From Thermodesulfobacteriota bacterium (GTDB lineage Bacteria > Desulfobacterota_D > UBA1144 > Nemesobacterales > Nemesobacteraceae), in the NCBI GenBank assembly GCA_965232155.1, contig OZ246948.1:1016434-1080433 (forward strand): a stretch of DNA of 64,000 nt. The letters run 5' to 3'. Below the pieces are notes generated by a model. It was given only the letters and a program-made list of their open reading frames with translations, was not told the DNA's origin and did not search any database. Numbering within the stretch: the stretch's first letter is position 1; every line of letters begins with the position of its first letter. Below, piece after piece: positions 1-11,126 of this stretch. The translations under genes were made by a program, and so were the position numbers.

Positions 1-754
1 TCTTCAGTTCCTGCGGTCCTCCGCCCTTTATGTCTTTTTGTATCCTTTCCACGGAATTAAAGAGGGTAAGCGGTTTTCTGCTGTCGACGGCCATCAGGCA
101 GTCTACGTATTCGGTTCTTTTGCGAAGGTAATCCTCATCGGTGCCAAGCGCCCTTGAGATGCTGCCTCCCGATATTCTCGAGACAAGTCCCGGGTCATTC
201 CGTCCAGACTCCTCCTTTTCCAGAAACTCTCTTACCTGTCCTGCCTCAAGGGGCTGGAAGACCACCGACTGGCATCTTGACCTTATAGTCGGCATGAGCA
301 AATCCGCAAGCGTCGTTATGAGAATTATGACGGAGTTCGGCGGCGGCTCTTCAAGGGTTTTAAGAAATGCATTCTGGGCGTTGAAGTTCATTCTCTGCGC
401 GCCGTCAATTATGAAGACCTTGTAAGGGTTCTCATAGGGCGCCAAGTGAATCAGGCGCTCTATATCCTGTCTTACATGATCCACTTTTATCGTCTTCTCA
501 CCCGGGTATCCGAACACTAAAACGTCGGGGTTAAGCCCTTTTTCGGTTTTCGCGCACGAGGTGCATTCGCAGTCAAGGTTCTCCGTTCCGCTTTCGGCGC
601 AGTTTATGAGTTTTGCGAAGCCGGTTGCGACCAGTTTTTTCCCCACGCCCTCGGGTCCCGAGAAAAGATATGCGTGCGAGATCCGGTTTTTGCGCACCGA
701 ATTTCGAAGAAATTCCTTCTGGGGTTCGTGTCCTATGATCTGTGGAAATCCCAT
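1..754 (-). CDS. holB: DNA polymerase III delta-prime subunit (HolB); N-terminal part only, gene runs off the window start
   Basis: Reverse-strand translation starting at the ATG at 754 reads MGFPQIIGHEPQKEFLRNSVRKNRISHAYLFSGPEGVGKK...CECTSC...IIDGAQRMNFNAQNAFLKTLEEPP. This is the Walker-A-like delta-prime N-domain, Zn module and sensor motifs. It is absent from the ORF track because the window edge truncates it. Confidence 0.8.
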   Translation of the reverse strand, partial: MGFPQIIGHEPQKEFLRNSVRKNRISHAYLFSGPEGVGKKLVATGFAKLINCAESGTENLDCECTSCAKTEKGLNPDVLVFGYPGEKTIKVDHVRQDIERLIHLAPYENPYKVFIIDGAQRMNFNAQNAFLKTLEEPPPNSVIILITTLADLLMPTIRSRCQSVVFQPLEAGQVREFLEKEESGRNDPGLVSRISGGSISRALGTDEDYLRKRTEYVDCLMAVDSRKPLTLFNSVERIQKDIKGGGPQELK

Positions 755-804
755 GATCTTTATCTTACCGGCAGGCAAGGATGTCTTCTATGACCGGGAG
801 ATGG

Positions 805-3654
805 TTATTTCGCATCTTTAGCCGATATGCATTCTTCGAGAAGCAGGGCTACGTGGACCGGAACTGCCCCGGTGAAATGGGAGACCTGCTCGAGACATGA
901 TACGCCAGTTACGCAGACCCTTTCCGATTCTCCCAAGTCCCTTATTTTCGGGAAAAGACCGCATTCTCCCATGGCTTTTGATATCTCGTAGTGCTCTTTT
1001 TCGTAACCGAAGCTCCCTGCCATGCCGCAGCACCCGGCGTCACTGGACCTCGCGTCGTATCCAAGCCCGTTAAGAAGGGACAGGGTCTTTTCAAAATCGC
1101 CAACGGATCTTTCGTGGCAGTGTCCATGAACGAGCATCCCTCCGCGTCCTTGCTTCCCGGGACCCAGGAAATTATCACCTTGCGCGCAGACAAATTCGCA
1201 GACCGAGTGTGTGTTCGGAAGGAGAGCGTCCAGTGATTCGTTCTCCGGAAGAAGATCGGCGTATTCATCCCGAAACGCGGAGAGGCAGCTGGGTTCTGAA
1301 AAGACCACCGGGATATTCTTTCTGGCGTAGCCTGAGAGAACGTTTACGTTATGAACTGCGTTCTCCCTGGCTTTCTCCACCATGCCGGTACTCAGCATCG
1401 GCCGCCCGCAGCATTTTCTTTTTCTCTCCAGAAGCACCTCGAAACCAAGGCTCTCAAGCACCCCGATAGCGGCTTTTCCTATCTCGGGGTAGAAAAACTC
1501 AGACCACGTGTCGTGGAAATAAACCACCTGTTTTGCCTTCCGGGAATTTTTGTTTCTTTTGCGGAACCACCCGCTGAGAGTGTCTTCGGCAATCGGGGGA
1601 AGTGATCTTCTTCGGGAAATTCCCGCAAGCGAAAGCAGCCCCCGGGGAAGAGAACTCTCAAGTGCCCGGTTTAAAAAGCGGGGAAGAGTGCTACGCACAG
1701 AACTTATCTCGTGCACTCGGGCGAACAGGCTGTCCCTTGCCGTAAACCCGGTCTTATTCTTGTAGAGCGCCAGGAACTCGGTTTTCATCTTGCCGACGTC
1801 AACCCCGGAAGGACATTCGCTGCGGCACGCCTTGCATCCCACGCAAAGATCGAAAACGTCGTAGAATCCTTTCTCATAGATCATATCTGCGTCCATGTGA
1901 CCCAGCAGAAGTTCCCGGAGCAGGTTGGCGCGAGCCCTTGTGGTATCGCCTTCGTCAAGAGTCGCCCTGTAGGAGGGGCACATTATTCCCTCGGCCGTCT
2001 TTCTGCAGACTCCCTGGCCGTTGCACATCGCGGCCGCCGCGGCGAGACCTCCCTCACGGGACCAGTCAAGAAAAGTGGTGATATCCCCTGCGGATTTCCC
2101 CATCCTAAGACTCGAGGAAGAATCGGCCCCGCGGACGACTTTTCCCGGATTGAGCACTCCCCGAGGGTCAAATATCTCCTTTAGTTTTTTCATCACTGAG
2201 TAAAGAGCCTCTCCGAAGAGTCTTTCGTTAAGATAGCTTCTCTGAATACCGTCTCCGTGCTCTCCGCTCATTACCCCCGAGTAGCGAAGGACGAGTTCGA
2301 GGGTGCGCTCTGAAAGGGCTGCCATGTCGGATACTCCCTTCTGCTCCCGAAGGTCGAGAAGGGGCCTTATGTGCAGGCATCCGGCGCTTGCGTGGCCGTA
2401 GAAAGCGGCTTTGAGACCGAATTCGTCAAGAAGCGAGATCACATCCCTGGTGTAGCGGGCTAGATTCTCCGCTGGAACCGAGACGTCTTCTATGCAGGGC
2501 ACGGGTTTCTGGTTGCCCCTGTCGCTCATCAGGATTCCGAGTCCCGCCTTTCTTAAGTCCCAGATTTTTTTCTGTTCCTCCCGCCCTAGCAAGGCAACTG
2601 CTGAATCCACGGATTTTGCGAGGTTTTTCGCCTTCTCGCCGGTATGGTTTTCGTCGTCTCCCTGGAATTCAACCACCAGAATAGACCCCGGGGTTCCGTC
2701 AATAAGGGAGAGGGAGTGCGAAAACCCTTTTTTTCTTCTCGCAAGACCTATCAGGGTTCCGTCAATAAGTTCTATCGCCGAGGGATCGTGGGAGAGAATT
2801 TCCAGGACCGAGTCCATTGCCTCCGGAATTTCGCGAAACGGGATGACGCAAAGCGCGCTTGAGAGAGGTTTTCTGACGAGATTAAGCTCAAAATCGGTTG
2901 AGACCGCGAGGGTGCCTTCCGAGGAGGCAAGAAGTTTCGCGGGATTGAATTCCCCGTCAAGAAGGTAGTTAAGTGAATACCCCGAAGCTCTTCTCCAGTG
3001 TTTTGGAAAGTCGGTTTTTACAGATTCCTCGCTTTCCTTTATAAGCGCGGCGAGTTTTTCGAAAAGACTCTCCGCGATGCCGGGTCCTACGCCGCGTCTT
3101 TTGTAATTTTCTCCGGAAAGTTCGAGAGAAGATCCGTCCGCCAGCACGACATTTGAGGAAATCACGTGATCGCCCGCCATTCCGTAAAGTATGGAGTGAG
3201 CTCCCGTGGCGTTATTCGCGACGGCTCCCCCTACGGTGGCAACGCTTGCGCTTGAAGGGTCCGGTCCGAACATGAGTCCCAGGGGCGAGAGGTTTCTGTT
3301 AAGGCTGTCGATCGAGATTCCGGGCTCAACCCTGACTTTTCTCCCTTCGGCGTCCACGTCGATCACCCTGTTCATGTACTTTGACAGGTCGAGGATCACT
3401 CCTTCTCCAACGGCCTGTCCCGCAAGGCTTGTCCCGGCCCCGCGTACCGTGACCGGTATGTCTCGGGCGGAGGCTTCGGAGACGGTGATCTCTATGTCCT
3501 GAGGGGTTTTCGGGATTACGACCGCTTCGGGGAGAATTCTGTAGTTGCTTGCGTCCGTGCTGTAGATGGTCCGGTCAACGAGGCTTTTTCTTATCTCGCC
3601 CCGGATCTGTGTGGCGAGCGTCCTGCTCAGATCTTCGATTTTTGATTTCTCCAT
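805..3654 (-). CDS. FAD-linked oxidase fused to a Fe-S (CCG/4Fe-4S) domain; glycolate oxidase GlcD/GlcF-type or YdiJ-like 2-hydroxyacid dehydrogenase
   Basis: 949 aa. N-terminal FAD-binding PCMH domain (GAGTSLAGQAV), central FAD-oxidase C-domain, C-terminal CxxCxxCxxxCP plus cysteine-rich CCG-like repeats (CGRPMLSTG, CCGMAGSFG). Confidence 0.8.
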   Translation of the reverse strand: MEKSKIEDLSRTLATQIRGEIRKSLVDRTIYSTDASNYRILPEAVVIPKTPQDIEITVSEASARDIPVTVRGAGTSLAGQAVGEGVILDLSKYMNRVIDVDAEGRKVRVEPGISIDSLNRNLSPLGLMFGPDPSSASVATVGGAVANNATGAHSILYGMAGDHVISSNVVLADGSSLELSGENYKRRGVGPGIAESLFEKLAALIKESEESVKTDFPKHWRRASGYSLNYLLDGEFNPAKLLASSEGTLAVSTDFELNLVRKPLSSALCVIPFREIPEAMDSVLEILSHDPSAIELIDGTLIGLARRKKGFSHSLSLIDGTPGSILVVEFQGDDENHTGEKAKNLAKSVDSAVALLGREEQKKIWDLRKAGLGILMSDRGNQKPVPCIEDVSVPAENLARYTRDVISLLDEFGLKAAFYGHASAGCLHIRPLLDLREQKGVSDMAALSERTLELVLRYSGVMSGEHGDGIQRSYLNERLFGEALYSVMKKLKEIFDPRGVLNPGKVVRGADSSSSLRMGKSAGDITTFLDWSREGGLAAAAAMCNGQGVCRKTAEGIMCPSYRATLDEGDTTRARANLLRELLLGHMDADMIYEKGFYDVFDLCVGCKACRSECPSGVDVGKMKTEFLALYKNKTGFTARDSLFARVHEISSVRSTLPRFLNRALESSLPRGLLSLAGISRRRSLPPIAEDTLSGWFRKRNKNSRKAKQVVYFHDTWSEFFYPEIGKAAIGVLESLGFEVLLERKRKCCGRPMLSTGMVEKARENAVHNVNVLSGYARKNIPVVFSEPSCLSAFRDEYADLLPENESLDALLPNTHSVCEFVCAQGDNFLGPGKQGRGGMLVHGHCHERSVGDFEKTLSLLNGLGYDARSSDAGCCGMAGSFGYEKEHYEISKAMGECGLFPKIRDLGESERVCVTGVSCLEQVSHFTGAVPVHVALLLEECISAKDAK

Positions 3655-3714
3655 GGAAACCGGTGCCGGCCGGAACGTTTCGGGACAGAAGACTGCGGAC
3701 GGGAGAGAAAGTCT

Positions 3715-4914
3715 TCAGGCCCCGCCGTTTTCAAACGTTTTCAGTATCCCGTAGGTCGTGTCGCGTTCGGCCGGGATTCTGCCTATTTCTCTGGTGAGTT
3801 TTCTGAACTCCTCGGGCGGGAAGTACTGTCCGTAACTTGCACCGGCGAAACGGGATATCTGCTCTTCCATCAGCGTTCCCCCGAAATCGTTTGCCCCGGC
3901 GGTGAGAGAGAACTGGGCGAACTCGGGTCCCTGCTTTACCCAGGAGACCTGTATGTTGTTTATCCATCCCCGAAGCATCATTCGGGAGACCGCGTACATT
4001 TTCAGCTGGTCAAGATCGGTCGGGCCCTTTCTCACCTTCCCCTTGGAGTGAATAAAGAGCCTCGTGTTCCAGGGAATGAACCGAAGCGGAACGAACTCAG
4101 TGAACCCTCCAGTCTCTTTCTGTATGTCCCTCAGGATTCCAAGGTGTATGGCCCAGTGATGGCGCTTGTCCAGGTGACCGTACATTATGGTCGAAGTGGT
4201 TCTCATTCCCTCCCTGTGGGCTTTTTTAACCACCCTTATCCATACCTCGGTCGGTATCTTCCTGGGAGCGATTACCTTTCTTACTTCTTCAACCAGAACC
4301 TCGGCCGCGGTGCCTGGGAAGGTGTTGTGACCGACATCCTTGAGTCTTCTTATGAATTCCTCTTCCTCTATGCCGAGAGTCTTGGCGCCGTAGTAGATCT
4401 CGTAGGGGGAGAAAGCGTGGGTATGCATCTCGGGCACGGCTTTTTTAACCGTCTTTATAAGTTCGATGTAGAAATTGCCGTCTATCTCGGGATGCATGCC
4501 TCCCTGCATGCATACTTCCGTCGCGCCTATCTCCCAGGCTTCAACGGTTCTCTCCGCGACTTCGTCCATCGAGAGGAAATACGCTCTCTCGTCGCCCTCG
4601 TCCGCCATAAAATTGCAGAAGCCGCAGTAGACATCGCATATGTTGGTGAAGTTTATGTTTCTGTTAACGACGTAGGTAACCACATCCCCGACATCTTCCT
4701 TTCTTATCTGATCGGCCGCGAGAGCCAGGGCGGATATCTCGTCTGTATCCTCTATGCTGAAAAGATGGATTCCGTCCTCAACCGAGATCTCTTTTCCCGA
4801 AAGCGCGTCCTCGATTATGCGGCCCGTTGTGCCGTTTATACGCGACATCACCCCGTCGACACCGAGGGGCCTTCTCTGCTCTATGGACTCTATTATTTTG
4901 TTTATGTCTTCCAT
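3715..4914 (-). CDS. cofH: Radical SAM enzyme, CofH-like (FO synthase subunit 2); MqnC/MqnE not excluded
   Basis: NINFTNICDVYCGFCNF radical-SAM motif and C-terminal TAGANDFGGT. It lies 3 nt downstream of a CofG-like gene, the same domain order as FbiC. Confidence 0.55.
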   Translation of the reverse strand: MEDINKIIESIEQRRPLGVDGVMSRINGTTGRIIEDALSGKEISVEDGIHLFSIEDTDEISALALAADQIRKEDVGDVVTYVVNRNINFTNICDVYCGFCNFMADEGDERAYFLSMDEVAERTVEAWEIGATEVCMQGGMHPEIDGNFYIELIKTVKKAVPEMHTHAFSPYEIYYGAKTLGIEEEEFIRRLKDVGHNTFPGTAAEVLVEEVRKVIAPRKIPTEVWIRVVKKAHREGMRTTSTIMYGHLDKRHHWAIHLGILRDIQKETGGFTEFVPLRFIPWNTRLFIHSKGKVRKGPTDLDQLKMYAVSRMMLRGWINNIQVSWVKQGPEFAQFSLTAGANDFGGTLMEEQISRFAGASYGQYFPPEEFRKLTREIGRIPAERDTTYGILKTFENGGA

Positions 4915-4916
4915 TT

Positions 4917-6176
4917 TCAGTTTACGGGAACGTATCCTCTCTCATCAACGCGTTCTCTTACCTTGCCGAGAACATAGGGGTCTATCCACCGCTCGTCTAT
5001 GTACTCGGGATATACGGGAAGCCTTTCCCGAAGCTCATAACCCAGTGCGCTTACCTCCCTTTCCATTCTCTCAACCTGAGGCCAAGGGGCCTCGGGGTTC
5101 ACATAGTCTATCGTGAGAGGCGACACGCCGCCCAGGTCGTTTACGCCGGCCGTCAGGTAAAAAGTGAAATTCCTGTTGTTAAGGTTAGGGGGTATCTGTA
5201 TGTTCATTTCCCCTCCGAATATTAGCCTCGAGATGGCTACGATCTTCAGCATCTCGAGAAAATCGGCGGGAGGGTACTCCTCCATCTTTATTCCTTCCTT
5301 GGGGTTGAAGTTCTGGATTATTATTTCCTGCAGGTGACCGTACCCGCGGGAGAGTTCAAGCAGGGCGTAAAGCGAGTCCACTCTCTCCTCGAACGTTTCC
5401 CCGATTCCCACCAGTATGCCGCTTGTCCAGGGGATACTGAGATCTCCTGCGTGCTCCATTGTCTCCATCCTGAGCTTCGGGACCTTGTCGGCGCAGCCGT
5501 GATGGGCGTTTCCCCGCTTAAGCAGCCTCTCGCTTATATTCTCTAGCATGAGACCCATGCTGGGGTTGCTTTTTCTGAACCCGGAGAGTTCTTCCGGTGT
5601 TGAGAGCCCGAGGTTCGTGTGGGGGAAGATTCCGTGCTCAAGCCCTGTTTTTCCCATGTCAATCAGGTACTCCGCCGTCGTTTCGTAACCGATTTCCCCG
5701 AGCGCGTCCCTGTATACCTGGTAGGCGAGTTCCGGCTTGTCGCCCGTGACGAAAAGAAGTTCCGTACATCCCGCTTCCGCTCCTTTTTTCGCCATGTCGA
5801 CGACCTCTTCCGGAGTCATGAACAGCTCTCCCTCTCCCGGCTCTATCTTGAACGTGCAGTACCCGCAGCGGTCCCTGCAGAGCTGGGTCAGGGGTACGAA
5901 AACGTTTTTGGAATAAGTTACGGTCTTTCCCTTCGAGCGGTTCCTGATGGCCGATGCGGCTAGAAGAAGAAAAGGGATTTCCCTTGGAAAAAGCTCCGCG
6001 AGGTAAAGTGCGTCTTCACGCGTAATGCTTTCTCCCTCTATCGCTTTTGATATTATTTTTTCAAGCTTTGGGGAGGGACTAAGCTCCGAGAAGTCTCCTG
6101 CGCCGAACGTTTCAAGCAGCATGGCGCTTTCGCTTATGCCGAATGTTTTTTCCCAAGTCTCAGATAAAAGGCCCAT
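4917..6176 (-). CDS. cofG: Radical SAM enzyme, CofG-like (FO synthase subunit 1)
   Basis: TYSKNVFVPLTQLCRDRCGYCTF carries the CxxxCxYC motif typical of CofG and the FbiC N-terminal half; TAGVNDLGG near the C-terminus. Confidence 0.6.
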   Translation of the reverse strand: MGLLSETWEKTFGISESAMLLETFGAGDFSELSPSPKLEKIISKAIEGESITREDALYLAELFPREIPFLLLAASAIRNRSKGKTVTYSKNVFVPLTQLCRDRCGYCTFKIEPGEGELFMTPEEVVDMAKKGAEAGCTELLFVTGDKPELAYQVYRDALGEIGYETTAEYLIDMGKTGLEHGIFPHTNLGLSTPEELSGFRKSNPSMGLMLENISERLLKRGNAHHGCADKVPKLRMETMEHAGDLSIPWTSGILVGIGETFEERVDSLYALLELSRGYGHLQEIIIQNFNPKEGIKMEEYPPADFLEMLKIVAISRLIFGGEMNIQIPPNLNNRNFTFYLTAGVNDLGGVSPLTIDYVNPEAPWPQVERMEREVSALGYELRERLPVYPEYIDERWIDPYVLGKVRERVDERGYVPVN

Positions 6177-6354
6177 ATCCAGAAACCACCCATTACGCTT
6201 CCCGCGACAGAAACAATTTCAACTCTGCCAACCCCGCCTCTAAGTATCTTATATGGAGGTTGTTTTTGTCAAGGAATGCGGCGAGGATTTATGAGGGAGC
6301 GGCGGAGCACTTAGTTCGAAAGCATGCTAGGTTCAGGGTACTGTTTTACCTGAA

Positions 6355-7356
6355 ATGGTTTCTCTTAATTCAGGCGGACTGTCGGGTACGCCGATTCCGC
6401 CGCGTCGGAAAAATATCCGCACGCGGGAGCGCACACGTCTGCGGCACTTCTCCCCAATTTTTTGCGGTCCCTGGCGCATCGCAACGGGCTTTTTCCTTCT
6501 TGCCGCCATCATACTCGGCGCGCAGCTGGGACCGGCCCGCGCACAGACCGACTCGGAATCGGCCACCTACACAGTAACATTTGAAGGTAACTGGAACACC
6601 GACAGCACGCCCGGCGGGGTTGTGGGCGGTGCCCATTTCACGACGCTGATCGGCGCCGTACACAACAGCGATGCGACCTTCTGGGCAGCGGGCGAGATGG
6701 CCACCGCTGGCGTGGAAAGGGTGGCGGAACTTGGCATCACGGGCGCGTTCGAGACAGAAATCAGCAATGCCGAAGAAGGAACTGTAAAATCCCTCGTCAA
6801 GCAAAGCGGCACCTCCTCCACGGGTACGAGGACATTTGAAGTCGAATTCAGCCGTACTCATCCCCTGCTTACGCTTCTGTCGATGATCGGTCCCAGCCCG
6901 GACTGGTTCGTAGGCGTCTCCGGTCTGTCTCTACTGGACAGATCGGATGCCTGGCTGCTCTCTCACACAGTAGAACTGTTTTCCTACGACGCCGGAACCG
7001 AGAACGGGGAAGAATTTTCGCTGAGCAATCCACCCACAAGTCCCCAGGAAACCATCATCAGTCTCAAGGGACAGGGCAAGTTCTCCGACACACCCATGGC
7101 AAGGTTGAGCTTCACTCTCAACGCAGAGCCTTTAACGGGGGAGATTGACGGACTGTCGGCGGAAGCCGGGGAGGTGGACGACGGCGGTGGAGGCTGCACT
7201 CTTGGAGGAAGTGATAGCGGCAGTGCGTTCGGGCTGTTTCTTGCAACGTTGGCGCTGCTTCTTGCGGTTTTGCTTAACAGAAATAGGCAGAAGACAAAAC
7301 GCATTGAGATGAGGCGAAGGCATTTTTCTGAGAACGGCTTAAGAGAAACGGAGTAA
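6355..7356 (+). CDS. Secreted Spondin_N-domain protein with a C-terminal Gly-rich/Cys, TM helix, basic-tail sorting signal (GlyGly-CTERM-like or MYXO-CTERM-like)
   Basis: Signal-peptide-like GFFLLAAIILGAQLGPARA. TYTVTFEGNW and PSPDWFVG are the spondin-N hallmarks. C-terminus is GGGGCTLGGSDSGSAFGLFLATLALLLAVLLNRNRQKTKR. The true start is uncertain because no ATG lies immediately before the signal peptide. Confidence 0.5.
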   Translation: MVSLNSGGLSGTPIPPRRKNIRTRERTRLRHFSPIFCGPWRIATGFFLLAAIILGAQLGPARAQTDSESATYTVTFEGNWNTDSTPGGVVGGAHFTTLIGAVHNSDATFWAAGEMATAGVERVAELGITGAFETEISNAEEGTVKSLVKQSGTSSTGTRTFEVEFSRTHPLLTLLSMIGPSPDWFVGVSGLSLLDRSDAWLLSHTVELFSYDAGTENGEEFSLSNPPTSPQETIISLKGQGKFSDTPMARLSFTLNAEPLTGEIDGLSAEAGEVDDGGGGCTLGGSDSGSAFGLFLATLALLLAVLLNRNRQKTKRIEMRRRHFSENGLRETE

Positions 7357-7503
7357 GTAATCTGGTTTTTATGGTGAACCTTCATCACGTGATGTATAAT
7401 TACACCCGATCAGTCTTTAAAATTCCCTTAGGGTTTTTCGTCCGACGGGATTTGAAAATTCGAAAAGATTCGTCAATCAGGTTTTAGAGAAACCGGTAAA
7501 TTC

Positions 7504-9453
<1,950 letters not shown>

Positions 9454-9554
9454 ACCGCGTGAATGGTCCGACCTGCCGGTTTTCAGACTCCTTAGCGAGT
9501 AGAAGAAAATAAAACTTTACAAATCCGGAATTGTATTCCGTAATTGTAAAGAAT

Positions 9555-9695
9555 ATGATAAGGCGAACCATAGAGAACAAGCTTCTTAGTCTGGCCCGTC
9601 GGTATCCCGTCATTACGATTACGGGGCCCCGTCAGTCCGGTAGAACAACGGTCTCGACAAAATGTTTTCCGGAGTACCTTAAGAGATCGGTTCTG
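9555..9695 (+). pseudogene. Remnant of an AAA ATPase (AAA_14/DUF4143 family) N-terminus
   Basis: MIRRTIENKLLSLARRYPVITITGPRQSGRTT matches the start and P-loop of DUF4143 ATPases (normally about 400 aa). The ORF degenerates and stops after about 70 aa. Confidence 0.3.
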
Positions 9696-9765
9696 ATCTA
9701 TACGGGTCGTGAAAAAACAAACCGGTACGGGCACAAATGCCTACCTTTCTGGAGAGTTTGATCAA

Positions 9766-10521
9766 ATGAGGCTTAACAGGTTTCTTTCCGAGTGCGGAAT
9801 AACATCAAGAAGAAAAGCGGATAACCTTATAAAGGCGGGACGGATAACTGTAAACGGGGAGGTCGTTCGTACTCTCGGTTCCGTGGTGGACGAGCTTGCT
9901 GACACCGTGGCGCTTGACGGAAAACCCGTGCGCAAGGAAAGAAAAAGATACGTGATGCTTAATAAGCCTCCTTTTTACCTCACTTCTCTCAAGTCCATGG
10001 AAGATGGAAAGAAAACGATAACGTCCTTTCTTGGAGACATAGAGCAGAGGGTTTATCCTGTCGGCAGGCTTGACTACGACTCTGAGGGACTTCTGATTCT
10101 CACAAACGACGGAGAACTTGCAAACAGAATACATCACCCCAGGTACAAGGTGGTAAAGACTTACCTGGCCGAGGTTTCGGGAGAGGTGCCAGATGAGCTA
10201 GAAACGGTACTTGGTGAAGGAACGGAAATTGAGAAACGTTTTACGAAGCCGGATTCAGTGAGTGTCCTTCAAGTGTCTCCAGGGCGCGCGCGGGCGAGCA
10301 TCTCATTTCACGAGGGAAGAAAGCATCTCGTGAAAAAGTACTTTGAGGCCTTCGGTTTTCGCGTTAGAAGGCTTAAGAGAATTTCGTGCGGCAACGTGCG
10401 TCTCGGCGAGCTTGAGAAGGGAGCGTGGCGCGACCTCAGCTCGGGGGAACTGAGGAACCTTCGAAAGATGACGGGACTTCTGCCCCGAGGTGAGGAGAAA
10501 ATGCCGGGAGGTGCTGTGTGA
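9766..10521 (+). CDS. RNA pseudouridine synthase, RsuA/RluB family (S4 domain plus catalytic domain)
   Basis: MRLNRFLSECGITSRRKADNLIKAGRITVNG (S4 domain) and VGRLDYDSEGLLILTNDG (catalytic Asp motif). GGAGAG ribosome-binding site 10 nt upstream of the ATG at 9766; the track ORF begins earlier, at 9709. Confidence 0.8.
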   Translation: MRLNRFLSECGITSRRKADNLIKAGRITVNGEVVRTLGSVVDELADTVALDGKPVRKERKRYVMLNKPPFYLTSLKSMEDGKKTITSFLGDIEQRVYPVGRLDYDSEGLLILTNDGELANRIHHPRYKVVKTYLAEVSGEVPDELETVLGEGTEIEKRFTKPDSVSVLQVSPGRARASISFHEGRKHLVKKYFEAFGFRVRRLKRISCGNVRLGELEKGAWRDLSSGELRNLRKMTGLLPRGEEKMPGGAV

Positions 10522-11126
10522 GCAGATTTATCACGTTCGAGGGAATAGACGGAAGCGGCAAATCAACCCAGGCGAGACTTCTGGCCGATTACCTTTCCAG
10601 TAAGGGAATCAAGGTGTTTCTCACAAAGGAACCGGGCGAGGGTAAACTCGGCGAGGCGATAAGAACCGAGATTCTCGACCGGAGGGATATCGATATTGAG
10701 CCCTACGCCGAACTCTGTCTTTTCTGCGCGGACAGGGCCCAGCACGTAAGGGAGCTCATACTGCCCAAGCTAAAAGACGGTTACACGGTTATCTGCGACA
10801 GGTACTACGATTCGACCCTTGCTTACCAGGGTTCGGGAAGGGAGCTTGATCCTGACCTGGTTTTCCGCATGGCCATGGCTTCGAGCCTTGGCGTTGAGCC
10901 CGACGTCACTTTTTTTCTTTCGATACCGGTTGAGCAGGCGCTTTTGAGGCTCAAGGACCGCGACAAAGAAAGAAACAAGATGGACGAGGAACCGTTTGAG
11001 TTCCACAGCAGGGTGGATGAGGGCTACAGACAACTGATTGAAAAAGGGATCCCAAGGATCAAGGTAATAGAAGCTTCCGGTTCACTCGAGGAAACCCAAA
11101 TGGAGATACGACGCTTTTTTGAGTGA
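10518..11126 (+). CDS. tmk: Thymidylate kinase
   Basis: MSRFITFEGIDGSGKSTQ P-loop and DRY motif. GTG start overlaps the upstream stop (GTGA). Confidence 0.9.
   Translation: MSRFITFEGIDGSGKSTQARLLADYLSSKGIKVFLTKEPGEGKLGEAIRTEILDRRDIDIEPYAELCLFCADRAQHVRELILPKLKDGYTVICDRYYDSTLAYQGSGRELDPDLVFRMAMASSLGVEPDVTFFLSIPVEQALLRLKDRDKERNKMDEEPFEFHSRVDEGYRQLIEKGIPRIKVIEASGSLEETQMEIRRFFE

Noticed and set aside
141-821. Plus-strand track ORFs 141..425 and 561..821
   Set aside because: The region encodes holB on the minus strand (clear delta-prime motifs); the plus-strand ORFs are antisense shadows.
4048-4977. 309-aa plus-strand ORF antisense to cofH, and similar long antisense ORFs (for example 8041..8553 in acs, 19104..19571 in rny, 23751..24191 in dapF, 29811..30708 in hisF/hisA, 48848..49615 in yibQ)
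   Set aside because: Each lies entirely inside a gene with strong family signatures on the opposite strand and has no recognisable motifs of its own.
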